From assembly GCA_951406725.2 (NCBI GenBank), contig OX597836.1, positions 4,030,001 through 4,094,000 on the forward strand: a stretch of 64,000 nucleotides of DNA, written 5' to 3'. The DNA is from Octopus vulgaris (taxonomy: Eukaryota). The translations under genes and the position numbers were made by a program. Shown piece after piece: positions 1 through 15,061 of this stretch. Position 1 is the first letter of the stretch. Every line of letters begins with the position of its first letter. The notes under the pieces were generated by a model that was given only the letters and a program-made list of their open reading frames with translations, was not told the origin of the DNA and did not search any database.

Positions 1-29
1 CTACTGCTATTACATTAAGCACACCGCTG

Positions 30-30
<1 letters not shown>

Positions 31-101
<71 letters not shown>

Positions 102-108
102 TTACTAC
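31..108. repeat. (CTA)n microsatellite
   Basis: Direct reading of tactactac... run. Confidence 0.95.
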
Positions 109-142
109 TGCAGCTGATGCTACTACAACAACAACAGCAGTA

Positions 143-623
143 GTGGATATATAATGGCCCAGTGCTTAGGGCAGCAGGCTCGCGGTCGTAAGAACGTGGT
201 TTCGATTCCCAAACTGGGCATTGTGAGTGTTTATTGAGCAAAAACATCTGAGCTCCACGAGCCTCCGGCGGGTGGGGGTGGGCGAACCCTGCTGTACTCT
301 TTCACCACAACTTTCTCTCACTCTTTCTTCCTACGTCTGCCACGAAGCAGGGGAACCATGGTGTAATCCACTATGGTGTGGTAAACTTTCAGACCCTAGT
401 CTAGATTGCGAATCCTCTGTACCCCATGATGGTTCAGCTCTCCACCCGTTAAAAAGCCACCGTTTACGGAATGAGGAAAGCGACGTAGCTTTCGCGTCCG
501 TGCAACTGCCAGTCTATCGCGTGTGGTGGGTGGATCTTCAAGTTGTCACACGCATTCTTAGTAGCTTAGAGTAGGCTCGAATTAGAGATTATTCTTTGTG
601 GCTAATGGCGTGAGTCCTGATTG
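143..623 (+). mobile_element. tRNA-derived SINE, head type A, with a distinct 3' region ending in (GAA)n
   Basis: ATGGCCCAGTGCTTAGGGCAGC...GGTTTCGATTCCC (A/B-box-like) matches the heads at 45631, 6365(-) and 20624(-); the sequence diverges after ~335. Confidence 0.75.
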
Positions 624-796
624 GAAGAAGAAGAAGAAGAAGAAGAAGAAGAAGAAGAAGAAGAAGAAGAAGAAGAAGAAGAAGAAGAAGAAGAAGAAGA
701 AGAAGAAGAAGAAGAAGAAGAAGAAGAAGAAGAAGAAGAAGAAGAAGAAGAAGAAGAAGAAGAAGAAGAAGAAGAAGAAGAAGAAGAAGAAGAAGA
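624..796. repeat. Pure (GAA)n tract, about 57 units
   Basis: Direct reading; source of the poly-K/E/L/S ORFs. Confidence 0.98.
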
Positions 797-1174
797 CAAC
801 AGCAGTGACAATTAAATGTCAATTCTGCTATGTTTGACCTTTGTTGTTTACAAAATAAGAGTCATTGTTTAAATGTTTGTAATAAATGATTATTATTGAC
901 TAAGAAACCAAACCTAACTCTAAGTTCTTATGAAATGTCTTTTGGGTTCGTTCATTGAATATTTCTCTGAATGGCAGATGCGAATAAAGAATGAAAGAAA
1001 GAAATGTTGAGACGTCTGAAAGAGTTCTCGTAGAAAGAGTTTTCTGTTTTGTTTTTGTGAAAATGTCAATCAAGGGAATATCTTGGATAAGGATTTTGAA
1101 AGAAAAAAAATAACGTAGAAAAGTAGTCACGTGTGTGCGCGTCCCCCCTTGTGTTCTAGTCATACATACAAGAA

Positions 1175-1340
1175 TGCGCAAGCGTGGTTGTGCTGTAAGA
1201 AGGTTACTTCCCAACAACATGGTTCTGGGTTCAGTTCCACTGCGTGGCACTTTGAGCAAGTGTCTTCTACGGTGGCTTTGGGTGGACCAAATCCCTAACA
1301 GCGGATTTGGTCGATGGAAAAGGAAAGAAGCGTGTCGGGC
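1175..1340 (+). mobile_element. tRNA-derived SINE family C, 5' half
   Basis: GCGCAAGCGTGGTTGTG...GGGTTCAGTTCCACTGCGTGGCAC...; similar copies at 12140(-), 38450(+), 60490(-). Confidence 0.75.
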
Positions 1341-1404
1341 TTATGTTTTCCAAAATGGAAGCGGACATCTTTCTCCGTATGATCCGCTTATCTTTAAATC
1401 TGCT

Positions 1405-2045
1405 ATTTATTTTATCGACACAAAATATGAAACGCAATGTCTACCTCGGTGGAATCTGAACTCAGAACGTAAAGACGCGCAAAATGCCGTTTAGTATTTT
1501 ACCCGGGTGCTAACGATTCTGCCAGCTCGCCGTCTTCATTGTGTCAAAAACTGCATTCAAATTTTGGCACGAGGCCAGCAATTGTAGGGGCAGAGCGTAA
1601 GTCGTTTACATATAACCCAGTATTCAACTGGTATTTAATTAATCGACCCCGAACGGATGAAAGTCGGGTGAGATACCTATTTCTTTACTACCCACAAGGG
1701 GCTAAACACAGAGAGGACAAACAAGGACAGACACACGGATTAAGTCGTGATTATATCGACCCCAGTGCCTAACAGGTACTTATTTAATCGATCCCGAAAG
1801 GATGAAAGGCAAAATCGGATGAAATACAGTTGAGCATTTTGACCAGCGTGTAAACGTTTCCTTTCTATTCTAGGCTCAAAGCCTGAAATTTCTAGGGAGG
1901 AGGACAGCCGATTAGATCGACCCAAAGACGCAAATTGTACTTAATTTATCGAACTCCGAAAGGATGAAAGGCAAAGTCGACCTCGGCGGAATTTGAACTC
2001 AGAACGTAACGGCAGACGAAACAACGCTAAGCATTTCACCCGGCG
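1405..2045 (-). mobile_element. Cluster of 3-4 partial copies of SINE family B (Nin/Deu-like central domain)
   Basis: Repeated ATCGACCCCGAAAGGATGAAAGGCAAAGTCGACCTCGGCGGAATTTGAACTCAGAACGT variants; same family at 42638, 44505 and 53168. Confidence 0.85.
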
Positions 2046-2403
2046 AGTTAATTTCGGTTACACAACGAATAATTGTTCCATGTTAAGGCGTAAAAATAGG
2101 ATTCCAGAAAAATATCGCAACAATATCAAGCATACAGTACTAGAACTTACAGCACAATCGATCTCTGTATACGTCCGCATGAAGCTTGTTTATAAATATA
2201 TGCATGTTGAAAGCATAAGCAGCTTTTTTGATCTTTATTTGAAGATATTTGTACGCCATCTTGGGTAGGTATTATAGCAAAAGTTTCCCATGCTAAGTAG
2301 AATGTTTGTTTCTAGCTTATCCTATAATTACATTTGTTTGAGAGTGGTAGAGGCGCAGCAAGTGACCTAACTACCGATTAATAGTTATATGTATGAATGT
2401 ATG

Positions 2404-2445
<42 letters not shown>

Positions 2446-2480
2446 CATTACATTGTATATATATGTACAAATATACACGG

Positions 2481-2586
<106 letters not shown>

Positions 2587-3019
2587 TCATATATAAGCAT
2601 ATATATGTTTACAGATATATACATGTTTATATATAAATATATCTCTATACATTCTGGATGATTACAAATATGTAAATCTACATATGTATCTATACATATA
2701 TACATGCATATATATATATATGAGGACATGTAAATATAAATGTACGTGTATGTATACGCATGAATGTTTGTGTGCGAGGGTGTGTATTTGTTTTCTTCGC
2801 ATGTGTATGTATATCCAATTGTATACACTTAGGCGTATGGTTAGATGGATATTGTGTATTCACACATGTTCATCCATCCATCCATCCATCCATCCATCCA
2901 TCCATAAATAATTCCTTTCATGCGTACATACATACATGTATACATATAAATATATTCAATTATACATACATATATATATATATAAATATATAAAGATATT
3001 CACATAAACACGCACAAAC

Positions 3020-3089
<70 letters not shown>

Positions 3090-3816
3090 GTATATATATA
3101 CATACATATATGCACACACATACATACACTCATGTACATATTCATATATTTTAATATTTTTACATGTTTCTATATCAATATCAAAACTCGCTTGAATCTC
3201 TATAATTGCCTGTACATCGATATACGCATTCACCAACACACACACACGCACGCACAAACATACACACATACACACATACACACATACACACATACACACA
3301 TATATACATATATATATATATGCACATAGATGTTTTGCATGTCTGTATGTATATATATATATGTATGTATACGGAAGCATTCGAGCTTCGCCGCACATAC
3401 ACACATCACACACATGCGCATTCACGTCATCTCTTCAAATTAACATTTTTTTATTTACCATATGTCGCTTTTGAACCTTAAATCAAAGACAAATTCCATC
3501 AATTAAGTGCGTAGCATATCAGATCTGTTAATTTAAACATCCTTCATTTAATGAGCTCCGTCTAAGTTGTAAACACAACAGTGAATAAATATCTCATGAA
3601 ATTGGTAAATGTTAAAAAGTATTACTTCATGTTGTTTATGCGTTTTTGAAAAGAAATTTTCTCTTCGGTTTTTGCCACTTATTTTTAATGTTTCCTTCTC
3701 GTTTCTTTTCTGTATTATCTATCTTTATATCGGCTTCAAATTTATACGCACACAACGATAAACGCATACCAGTTTACGCATTTACGCACATCCATATATA
3801 TGTGTGTGTATATCCA

Positions 3817-3907
<91 letters not shown>

Positions 3908-3993
3908 GTATATGTATATATGTATGTATATATTAATATATGTATATGCATGAATGTATATATCTGGATTGAAACCGACATAAAACACTCGTA

Positions 3994-4031
<38 letters not shown>

Positions 4032-4445
4032 TATATGGAAGGCATTTCGCATTAGCTAATTAACTCTCTCAACTTAGGATAGGTATATAAGTCAAACGTT
4101 AACCGTTTGAAGTGTATGATGATTGCATGTATATGGATATATATATATATCCATATACATACACACACACACACAAATATATATATATATAAATATATAT
4201 ATATGCCTATAGAAATATAAGGATATACGACGTTCATAGATGTTTATGCAAGAAACATGCATTAACTAATGTAACCAATTAGAAGCAGTTAGAAGAGTAT
4301 TTAATTGTTTTTAATTTGTAGTCTTTTTCCAGGCATTTGATAATATACTGACATGCCACAAGAGGCGTTACTCTAGAAGAAACATATATATAAATATATA
4401 CATGCTTAGACACACTAAGATGCATACAAAAAGACATATATATAT

Positions 4446-4495
<50 letters not shown>

Positions 4496-4938
4496 ATAAT
4501 TATTATTATTTGAGGGAATAAAATCCAGACTTACAAGGAAAAAGAATTCAATTTAGAAATACCAAATCAAATTCCACACAATATGTATAAAATATTAGAA
4601 AAAACCCCCAGCTTTTATCAATTCAAAATGAATAATTAAATTACACCATCTAGAAAATTTAAAGGATTCCAAGTTCGGGCGTTGTGAGTGTGTATTGAGC
4701 GAAAACCCCTAAAGCTCCATCAGGATCCGGCAAGGGGTGGTGGCGAAACCTGTTGTACTCTTTAATCACAGTTCTGCATGTATGGCTAAGAAACTCACTG
4801 TCTACCCAGATGTGTATGGGTTCAGTCCCGCAGGAAACATCAACACTCGCATATACATGTATACATATACACTTACATACACTCATACCTAAATACATGC
4901 TTACATATATATATAAGATATATATATATATATATATA

Positions 4939-5035
<97 letters not shown>

Positions 5036-5196
5036 CAAGCCCATCGTATGCATCTGTCTATCTGTCTGTCTGTCTAGCTAATCGTTTTAGGACGGCATTT
5101 TAATCATCCCTGGGATACTGGCTACGACCCTAAGAAACATATGGTTTGTGGAATGGTGTAATGATGCATTATAGCAATTATAAATTTCAGCCAAGG

Positions 5197-5270
<74 letters not shown>

Positions 5271-5327
5271 ATATATGTATGCGTATATTAATATACATAT
5301 ACATATATAAAATGGACAGAAATTATG

Positions 5328-5397
<70 letters not shown>

Positions 5398-5454
5398 CTT
5401 ACCACTGTTTCAGATACACATTTGCGTGTGCTCATTGTTCAGTCTTGTTAATCG

Positions 5455-5729
5455 CCGAGTAATCGACTGAAAATACCAGTCGCCGGTCGCATGAGCAAAC
5501 CGCAGACACGTGTCATCTTAACTTAGTTCTCAGGGAGATTCAGCGTGACACAGAGTATGACAACGCTGGTCATTTGAAGTACATGTACCACCCGTTTTTA
5601 CCAGTTGATTGGATTGGAGGCACATGAAGTAAAGTGTCCTGCTCAAGGATACAACGCGTCGCCGGGAATTGATCTCATGACCTTACGATCGTGAACGGAA
5701 TGCCCTAACCACTAAGCCACGCGTCTTCA
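5455..5729 (-). mobile_element. CORE-like tRNA-derived SINE
   Basis: Reverse complement begins TGAAGACGCGTGGCTTAGTGGTTAGGGCATTC, followed by a CTTGAGCAGGACACTTTACTTCA core-like block; related to 39533. Confidence 0.75.
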
Positions 5730-5820
5730 TGTATATATATGAAGTGAATTTGAAGAATTATAACATGTAATGATGAGGCACGTGTTATTTTCTCTATATT
5801 ATATGTTAATGTTATGGAAC

Positions 5821-5890
5821 GGTTACTGATGAAAATTTCGCCTGTCAAATTATTTTATTTGTTAAAAAAAATTGAAACGTAGGTATAACC
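5821..5890 (+). ncRNA. Type-I hammerhead ribozyme motif with intact core, in a probable solo Penelope pseudo-LTR
   Basis: GGTTA-CTGATGA-a-AATTT..AAATT-GAAAC-gtag-GTA-TAACC; stem I GGTTA/TAACC pairs perfectly; GUA cleavage triplet. Confidence 0.75.
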
Positions 5891-6088
5891 TTAAAAAAAA
5901 AACAAGGTATAAGTTTTATTTTCCTATCCCTTTGAAATTGCTCTTAAATGTGGTTTCGGTCACTTTGACTGCTTCTTCTAGCGTGTAAAATTACCTGCTA
6001 AAGGTACTTTCTCTTGTGTTTCAACGTAAAATATTATATATTTATATATAAACACGCGTATATATTCATATATTTATATATATATATA

Positions 6089-6365
6089 TCACCGTGATCA
6101 CCGTGACCGACCAGGCTATCAGATGTCGCTGCACGTCGCTGGTCACAATGCGCTTCGCATTGTTTTTAGCCTTGAAATGACGCCACCCCGCTGGCTAAGT
6201 GAGCAGGCCAACAGAAGAAAGACTGAGAGAAAGTTGCGGCGAAACAGTACAACAGGGATCGCCACCACCCCCTGGCGGAGCCTCGTGGAGCTTTGTCTGG
6301 GAAATGAAACCGCGATCCCAAAACCGCGAGTCCGCTGCCCTAACCAGTGGGCCATTGCGCCTCCA
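6089..6365 (-). mobile_element. tRNA-derived SINE, head type A with a ...GGTCACGGTGATCACGGTGA tail
   Basis: Near-identical to 20319-20624; head matches 45631. Confidence 0.85.
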
Positions 6366-6407
6366 CACTTATATATATATATATATATATTGGTAAATCG
6401 ATGATTA

Positions 6408-6443
<36 letters not shown>

Positions 6444-6713
6444 GCACTCATAAAATGTCATATATATGAGAATAATTTTCTGTGTTTGTTAAAGTCCAGA
6501 TGAATCAAGGAAGTATGTGTCTATTTGTAAATATGTATTTCAGGGTGCGCAAGGATAAATTTCTATGAGTTAATAAGCTATCTGCAAAACTAAAAGTACA
6601 TGCACTGTGTGGTTAAATATACACCCGTATTATGCTAGGCATATATATTATATCAATATATATAATATCAATCACTGCAAATGTGTCTATAATATTAAAA
6701 GGATATGCTCATA

Positions 6714-6782
<69 letters not shown>

Positions 6783-7054
6783 GTGCCTGTATGTGTATAT
6801 ATGTAAATACAGAAACATATGCATAATATGCGTACAACCACATGCATGTATATGTTGGTGTGTCCCTTTGTCTATATTCGAGGGCCGATACACATTTAAA
6901 TCAAAGTCTTTATATTACATATGACAGAGTTTTAAAACTAAGTGGCCTATTCAATTCAACTCGGTAGTTTTCGAAATACACTTCAAAGAATATACATGAT
7001 ATGGCAAATCTAATTCACACACACACACATAAAGTCATATACATTCATAGATGT

Positions 7055-7110
<56 letters not shown>

Positions 7111-7177
7111 GCACATGGAGCAATGTATCTGCATATATCAATCTATGTAGGTATGTATGTATCTATCTATCTATCTA

Positions 7178-7218
<41 letters not shown>

Positions 7219-7353
7219 ATATATATATATATATGTACAAATATATATATACATATATATATATATAATTATATATATATATATATATATGTATATACAA
7301 AATTAATATAGATATATGTATATATGTATATGTACATGTAGCAACGTATTAGC

Positions 7354-7414
<61 letters not shown>

Positions 7415-7595
7415 ATATACTTGTTTAGATATATACAATTATATATATAAATCAGTTTGTTTAGTTATCTCAATATATAAAACATTATAGATATGCAATT
7501 GTATCGCTATATCTGTATCTACTCATAAATACTACGAAAAAATCATTACCCATATAAAATAAGCACACACACATTTATATATATATATTTATATA

Positions 7596-7646
<51 letters not shown>

Positions 7647-8399
7647 TATTATATATGTATCTCGTAGATGTCTATATAAATACACAGCGGTATAGCGTAT
7701 CATTTGCTATGATACGAAAATAATAAACAAACACCACAACAAATAAATAATTAAAACGAATCTTACAAAACAGTAAACATTATTATCAAAAGACGTATTA
7801 CAAACAGAAAGTAAAAAATAAAAATAAAAATAAAATTTTAAAAAAATCATGATGTGAGGAAAATATAAATAAACAGGATTTTGAATATGATTATACGTAG
7901 ATGTGAAGCGAAAATAAGCTATAATTTCTTTTAAATTGAAATGTTTTTTTGTTGTGTTTGAGTATAAAGTTTTATATTCGGTATATTCTATGTTGTTCGT
8001 CAAAACGTTCTTAATGTTCTTCTTGATTTACATGCAAACACACATACACACACACAAGCACATAAATGTGTGTGTAATTATGTATGATATTATATATGTG
8101 TATCATACATAATAAATACGCATACGCATACACACACAAAATGGCATATGTACTCACGCGCACATACACTTGTTTCGTTATAACGACCGACGGATTTTCA
8201 GATGTCTATACGTATTTTTTTCCCCCTTTGCTTTACATTCGTTATCATGTTTTCAGAAATTAAGAAAGATTTTTCCCTTGAAGCAACATTAATAACTGTT
8301 ATTAACATACATAAATACATACCGAATGAATTGTACACTATATATAAACATACACACACGCACACACACACACAAACACGCACACACATATATCTGTAC

Positions 8400-8443
<44 letters not shown>

Positions 8444-8553
8444 ATGTGAAGAAATATTTTGGCAGATCATGTCATATTTTCTCTCATTAACATACATACA
8501 CAATTATATGCATATTATATATATAAACATACATATTTATGTCTATAAATTTG

Positions 8554-8608
<55 letters not shown>

Positions 8609-8645
8609 ATGTATGTGTGTGTGTGTGTGTTTGAGCATGTATATA

Positions 8646-8717
<72 letters not shown>

Positions 8718-8831
8718 TATATACACTCACAGAGGGAGAGAGGCAGAGAGGGAGAAAGGAGCGCATAAATGTATAAATGTATGAATGATTTTATGTGTGT
8801 ATGTAGAAAAATATATATTTGTACCTATGTG

Positions 8832-8868
<37 letters not shown>

Positions 8869-9413
8869 GTATATATAAATATTACTACTACTACTATTAC
8901 TACCACAACCACTACTATTATTATTATCATTATTGCTATTATTCTTATTCAGGTTTCTATATCTTACATTATATTCTAGATTTTCGCCGTATGTTCATCG
9001 ACTTTAATTATAGTTATGAAGAACTTGTCAGAGGAAGTATCTTTCTTAATTTTTCCAGCATTATAATCGCGACTGTTCGGTAGAGATGAAGTAAAGAACT
9101 CGATGTCACATACGATATTTAATTACTGCTCGATAGACTGGAATGGTTACAGACAGATTTGGTAGCCATTGAAATGAAAACAGTGCTAATGAAGAAGCAG
9201 GAACGGACGATATTTCCGCTGAATTTCCTGCTACACATGTCCAGGCACAATGTGTCTGGCCAGTCCCTCGAATACATAGATCTATTCAGGTACACAATAG
9301 TCTCATACAGGCAGTCTTACACACACACACACAGATATACACATACATACACACATCACACACAAACACAATATATATTTATACACATATAATTATATAT
9401 AAATATATACTGC

Positions 9414-9454
<41 letters not shown>

Positions 9455-9483
9455 ACTATATATATGAGTGTGTATGTATGAAC

Positions 9484-9536
<53 letters not shown>

Positions 9537-9565
9537 ACTATATATATGAGTGTGTATGTATGAAC

Positions 9566-9613
<48 letters not shown>

Positions 9614-9731
9614 GTATGTATATATATAAGTATATATATATATAATTATATATATATATTTGTATACATATTTACAATAATATACTTACATATATATATT
9701 CAATCGTGTATTTAATATATATGTATATGTA

Positions 9732-9805
<74 letters not shown>

Positions 9806-9943
9806 TAAGTAGGTCTGTGTCAATGTATATATCTGTAAATCATACTTAAACTCTTACTGAGATACACTCAGCGCACGCACATTCACTCACACATACATAC
9901 CTATACATACATACACGCTCACAGACACACTCACCCATCTCAC

Positions 9944-10012
<69 letters not shown>

Positions 10013-10700
10013 CGTGTGCAAAGGCTCAGACACGAAAAATGTATCGAAATTAACAGACACGCTGGTCTAACTTCTTTATTAACTGACTTAAGTCGTTTAA
10101 TTTGCACGAATTAGTAGAGTAAGCTATACTAATTTTCTTTTCTGTTTTTAATTGTAGGCTATCAACAGGTTTCTACACGAACCAAACTGCCGTCATTGTG
10201 TTCTTGAGGAAGGATAATTTGTGGCTGTTCGACATGAACAGAAGGCTGGTAGTTTTTATAGAGATGAAACCACTGAATTGATTAACGTGCACAAGTGAAT
10301 AAAGAAGATTAAGGGTAGGCAAATCATTATTGAAGAGAAACCACGTTGTGAGAACCAACCACAGCGACCGCTGGTTCGAATCTTCTGTGAACGAATATAC
10401 AAGTCACAGTCCCCCTGAGTTTGCTCTGAGACCGAACTGTAGTTAGAATACATTACAAACGATAATAGAAGAATCCGAGCAACGGAATTGGTGTCCCTCG
10501 CCAGTTGACAGCTAATTTGAAGATGAGAAACGCAGAAGTCTGCTGTGATCTAATGGAAGCATTTAAGTCAATAAAGATGTATGTTTTTCTGATCAGGAAA
10601 TAAAATAAAATTCCGAGAGCGTTTATAAATTTCTATGTCATAAACAACGTACAATTCGTTTTGGTAAGAATAAAGTTTCTAAAATAGTCTAATTCAATAT

Positions 10701-10772
10701 GTTGCTTTGGTATAATGGTAGAATGTCTGTCATGTTTACAGGAGATGTATCTTCGAGTCTCTTCGATATTTC
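10701..10772 (+). pseudogene. Degenerate tRNA-like sequence
   Basis: TGGTATAATGGTAGAA A-box/D-arm, TCTGT-7nt-ACAGG anticodon-like stem, TTCGAGTC B-box-like; acceptor stem not convincing. Confidence 0.3.
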
Positions 10773-12139
10773 GACTCGAAACAGGGTGTTCTTAGCCTAA
10801 CATTTAAATGCAAACATTTTAAACCTTATATGGACCTCGAGAACCAATTCCAAAAAAGAAATATTCCACGTTCTCTCGAAAGTTATAAATATATATTACT
10901 GTATCGGTTCTGATGTTAATTATGGAACGTTGTTGCTCCACAGATTCTTTCTATTTAGGATGAGTTTGAATTAAGGACCTGCCTATGTCATTTAGCTTAA
11001 TTTTAGATCACAAGGAATGCATTTTAACATCGATATTGTCTATCAATCCATTTTAATCCATTCAGTATGGCGTGTTGTAAATAGTTGAATTCTATTTAAC
11101 CCCACACCAATGTTGCTCTATCCATTCACCTATACTACCGGCTGTTTCTCATATATATGCTGTGGTGTTGTAACTGTATCCATGCATGCATTTTTGTCAA
11201 TACAGTATATTTGAAAGAGTGTATGAACAACAGTAACTTAATGCATCTGGTTGGGATTCTTTCTATTATTTTGGCTTCATATTTGATTTCATTTAGAACT
11301 TTTCTAAAGCTTCTATTTGTCTCACTTTAAGTTCACTTCTTGAAACTTGTTTTTGTCATAGCACGAGCCTGGTGTGATTCGTTTCTTTGCGACCTGTTTC
11401 AGAATATAACTTGTAAACAATCCACAGGAGTTACAGCACCTAGAGAGGAAGATTGCACGACTGGCTTTGTAAACAGACGATTTATATAGTATTTATCAAT
11501 TTCCAGCAGCCGACATTCAGAAGAATATATTGGCATAGGAAACACATAAAATGGAAGGAATTAATAAAAGAAAATAGTAACATAACAACATAGAAGCTTC
11601 AAAGCTAAGAAAGGAAGTCTCAGGAAAGTTTCGTATAACTCATCAGGGATTATTTGCGTCGTTTGCTTTTTTATTTGTATGTTATAACGGATATCCTTTT
11701 GAACTTTATCAGCTGCAAAGCGAGGTGACTTCTACGAGAAGTCTCATCTGAACACATATATCTTAGCTGTTATGGCTTCCGCTATGGCAACAAAAATAAA
11801 TGTTTGTTCAAAATGTATACGATTACCTTATAAAGAATAAACAGATATTGAGACACTATTTACAATAAGAAGGTATACTTGACATATTTAAACAAACGCA
11901 CCTAGTAAATAATACATGAACTATATTCAGATGTTAAGTTAGGTCGATATATCATACTTTTAGAATTGGTATTTTCAGTCGAAAATTATGTGTCGAAGTA
12001 CATATAAGAATTAACATTTATAGTAACACACACACATGGATATAGAGAGACACTTACATACAAAGATACACAGCTAGACATGTACACACATAACACCTAC
12101 ACACCTTGCCTGTACGTTGCCTATATATGTACGTATGGG

Positions 12140-12258
12140 TGTATACGACGGGCTTCTTTTAGTTTCTGTCTACGAAATCCACTCACAAGGCTTTGGTCGG
12201 CCCGAAGCCATAGCAGATGATACTTGCCCAAGGTTTCAGGCAGTGGGACTGAGCCCGA
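12140..12258 (-). mobile_element. SINE family C 5' half (partial)
   Basis: Reverse-complement similarity to 1175-1340. Confidence 0.7.
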
Positions 12259-12808
12259 CGGTATATATATACATACATATACATATATATACATCAGTAT
12301 TGCTGCGTGTGTGTGTGTATTTGTATATATGTGTATATGTATATATATATACACATACATAGAAAGGTGTATACACATGTATACACATCTATATGTACAT
12401 CTATATACAATTATGTTTCTATATATATTCATATGTATTTCTACCATGTATATAACTTCCATATAAAGATGCTTATATAAATTCCTCTCTGTAGACACAC
12501 ACGCTCCAAGACAACCTCTTATCATTTCTGTCTCTACTTCTCTTTTTCTCCCCCCTCTGTCACTCTCTCGTACATCTTTCTCTATTTCTCTCTCACCCTC
12601 TCGTATACGGTAATTTGTTTGGGTGTTGCTAATCAAATGATCTATATGATTTTTACAAAATTAATAACAATTCAGCCATAATGGCATAATCCCAACATCA
12701 CAATTCGCATTAATGTTGGAGCGTGTATACTTGCACACATGCGCCAACGCGCGGGGAGTTAGGCATAAACATATATTTACATACAGAGGTAGATGGAGGT
12801 AGAAAATA

Positions 12809-12848
<40 letters not shown>

Positions 12849-12978
12849 TAAATATATGTATGTGTACATACATACATATATATATATGTATGTATATATA
12901 TTTATTTATATATATACATATATATACATACACACACATTCACACGCTAACACACACATTCTCTCTCTCTCTCTCTCC

Positions 12979-13013
<35 letters not shown>

Positions 13014-13690
13014 TCTAAATATATATGAATTTATATGCTTCAATAATTGCCCATGCGTATATCAATTTATCTGTCTAGCTGTGTATACGTGTCTATAAAC
13101 AGACATGCGCCCGCACGCACAAACACACACACATACACATGCACACACATATATATATCCATACATATATATATAAATAAATATATATATGTACGCATGT
13201 AGATGTATGTATTTGTATATGTGCACGAATATATACATGCATACTTGTACGCGCATACATATACATAAATACGTATATATATCAAACTGCCTGTGAATAT
13301 GTATGTGTAATGGTGTCCAGGCTTGTTTACTTGCATATGTACTCACACGCTTGCGCCTTGAAACACACACTGTCTCGCTCAATCTATCCTGTCATCTCAC
13401 ACCCACGTCCACGTATACTCACCGACGTACATCATACACACCGGATATAGAAAACGAACGCCAACGCGTATACGTATGCATACTGTGGCCTGATATACTC
13501 TTCAACCGGTATACATATTAATAGGTGTGTATGTATGCATATGCTTCTAGATTAAATCTAGATATGTGAGTTGGTTTACGTTATGTGTAACAAAGATGAC
13601 AGACAGTCTCATGAATGAGATTTACAATATTATCATGTGTACCTCGTTATGTATGAGTATATATATATATATATATATATACATATATAC

Positions 13691-13808
<118 letters not shown>

Positions 13809-13976
13809 TACGCGCACAACTACATACATATACGGGATTGTGTGTATGTCGAAAATTGCCCAAGCACACGCTGACACACAAATTCTAAGCCCACACGCAC
13901 ACACACGCACTATATATATATATATATATGCCTATATGTTGACGTATACTTATATATATCTATCTATCTATCTATG

Positions 13977-14019
<43 letters not shown>

Positions 14020-15061
14020 TTATTTATCTATCTATCTACCTATCTATCTAACTATCTATCTATCTATCTAATTATCTATCTATCTAACTATCTAACTATC
14101 TATCTGTCTATCTGTCTATCTATCTATCCATCTAGCATAAGCATAAATATATATTCAAACGAACAATATATATATATATTCACATACAACTCTTCTATCT
14201 CTCTCGCACGTATATATCTATATAAAGGCACACATACGATCGCGTTATACAACTCGTACCGACACACAGCCTTAACATAACTGTACAAATACACACACAC
14301 ATACATTGGACAGCCTAAAATGTACGGATGACTGAAGAGGCATCTATGAAAAATCAGTGAGACTAATGGTGCAAAGACGAACAAATATTCTATTCTTCGT
14401 TTCATACATTTTTTTTTTAAATACATTTTTTTTTTCATTTTATTGGTTCGTTCCAGTAAGTAGAGCTCACTGATTTCAAATCATGGAAGCGTGATGTCGT
14501 TATATATTTCCCATTGGAAGTTGAAAACTCTAATCAATACACAGTTAACAAGATGGCAGATACGTGTATGTCTGTCTGTTGTATTTATGTAAATCTGGAA
14601 ATCTCTCTCTGTATATGGGGAAAGATATTATAAAAGAGAGAAAAAAAAAAGATGGTATTATGATATTATTGAAAAGCGAACAGGAGAATCTTACAGGGGG
14701 GTCCGTTGTCGTTATCTGAACCCTCTGGTTTAACAGAAGTTCATTCTGCAAAATAACTTAAAAGAAACAAATAAAATTTGGAATGAAGGACGCAAACACA
14801 AAATTCAAAAAGTGGAGAGATAAAATGTAAGTAGAAATGAAGGGGAAAAGATATTATATATATGTATATATATGTTTAGTTTTATATTTAAAATTCGATT
14901 TCGGAGGTGGAACTCGAAGTAGATTAAGTCATATAAAATTCATATATATTATATATCTTTGTGTGTGTGTGTGTGTGTGTATGTGTGTGTGTGTGTGTAT
15001 CTGTGTTTGTGCCGTGTATGTGTGTCTGTGTCCGTGCGTGTATTTATATCTATATTTATAT

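Noticed and set aside
589-837. Poly-K/E/L/S ORFs
   Set aside because: Translations of the (GAA)n tract
3161-3200. Minus-strand GAAAC-at-GTA
   Set aside because: No CTGANGA or stem II upstream
9450-9580. Short tandem duplication CATAACTATATATATGAGTGTGTATGTATGAACGTAC, twice
   Set aside because: Ordinary slippage within a microsatellite; no further structure
11628-11650. Minus-strand CTGATGA-gttatac-GAAAC, a hammerhead-core look-alike
   Set aside because: Stem II has only 2 bp, and no stem I, stem III or NUH partner could be found
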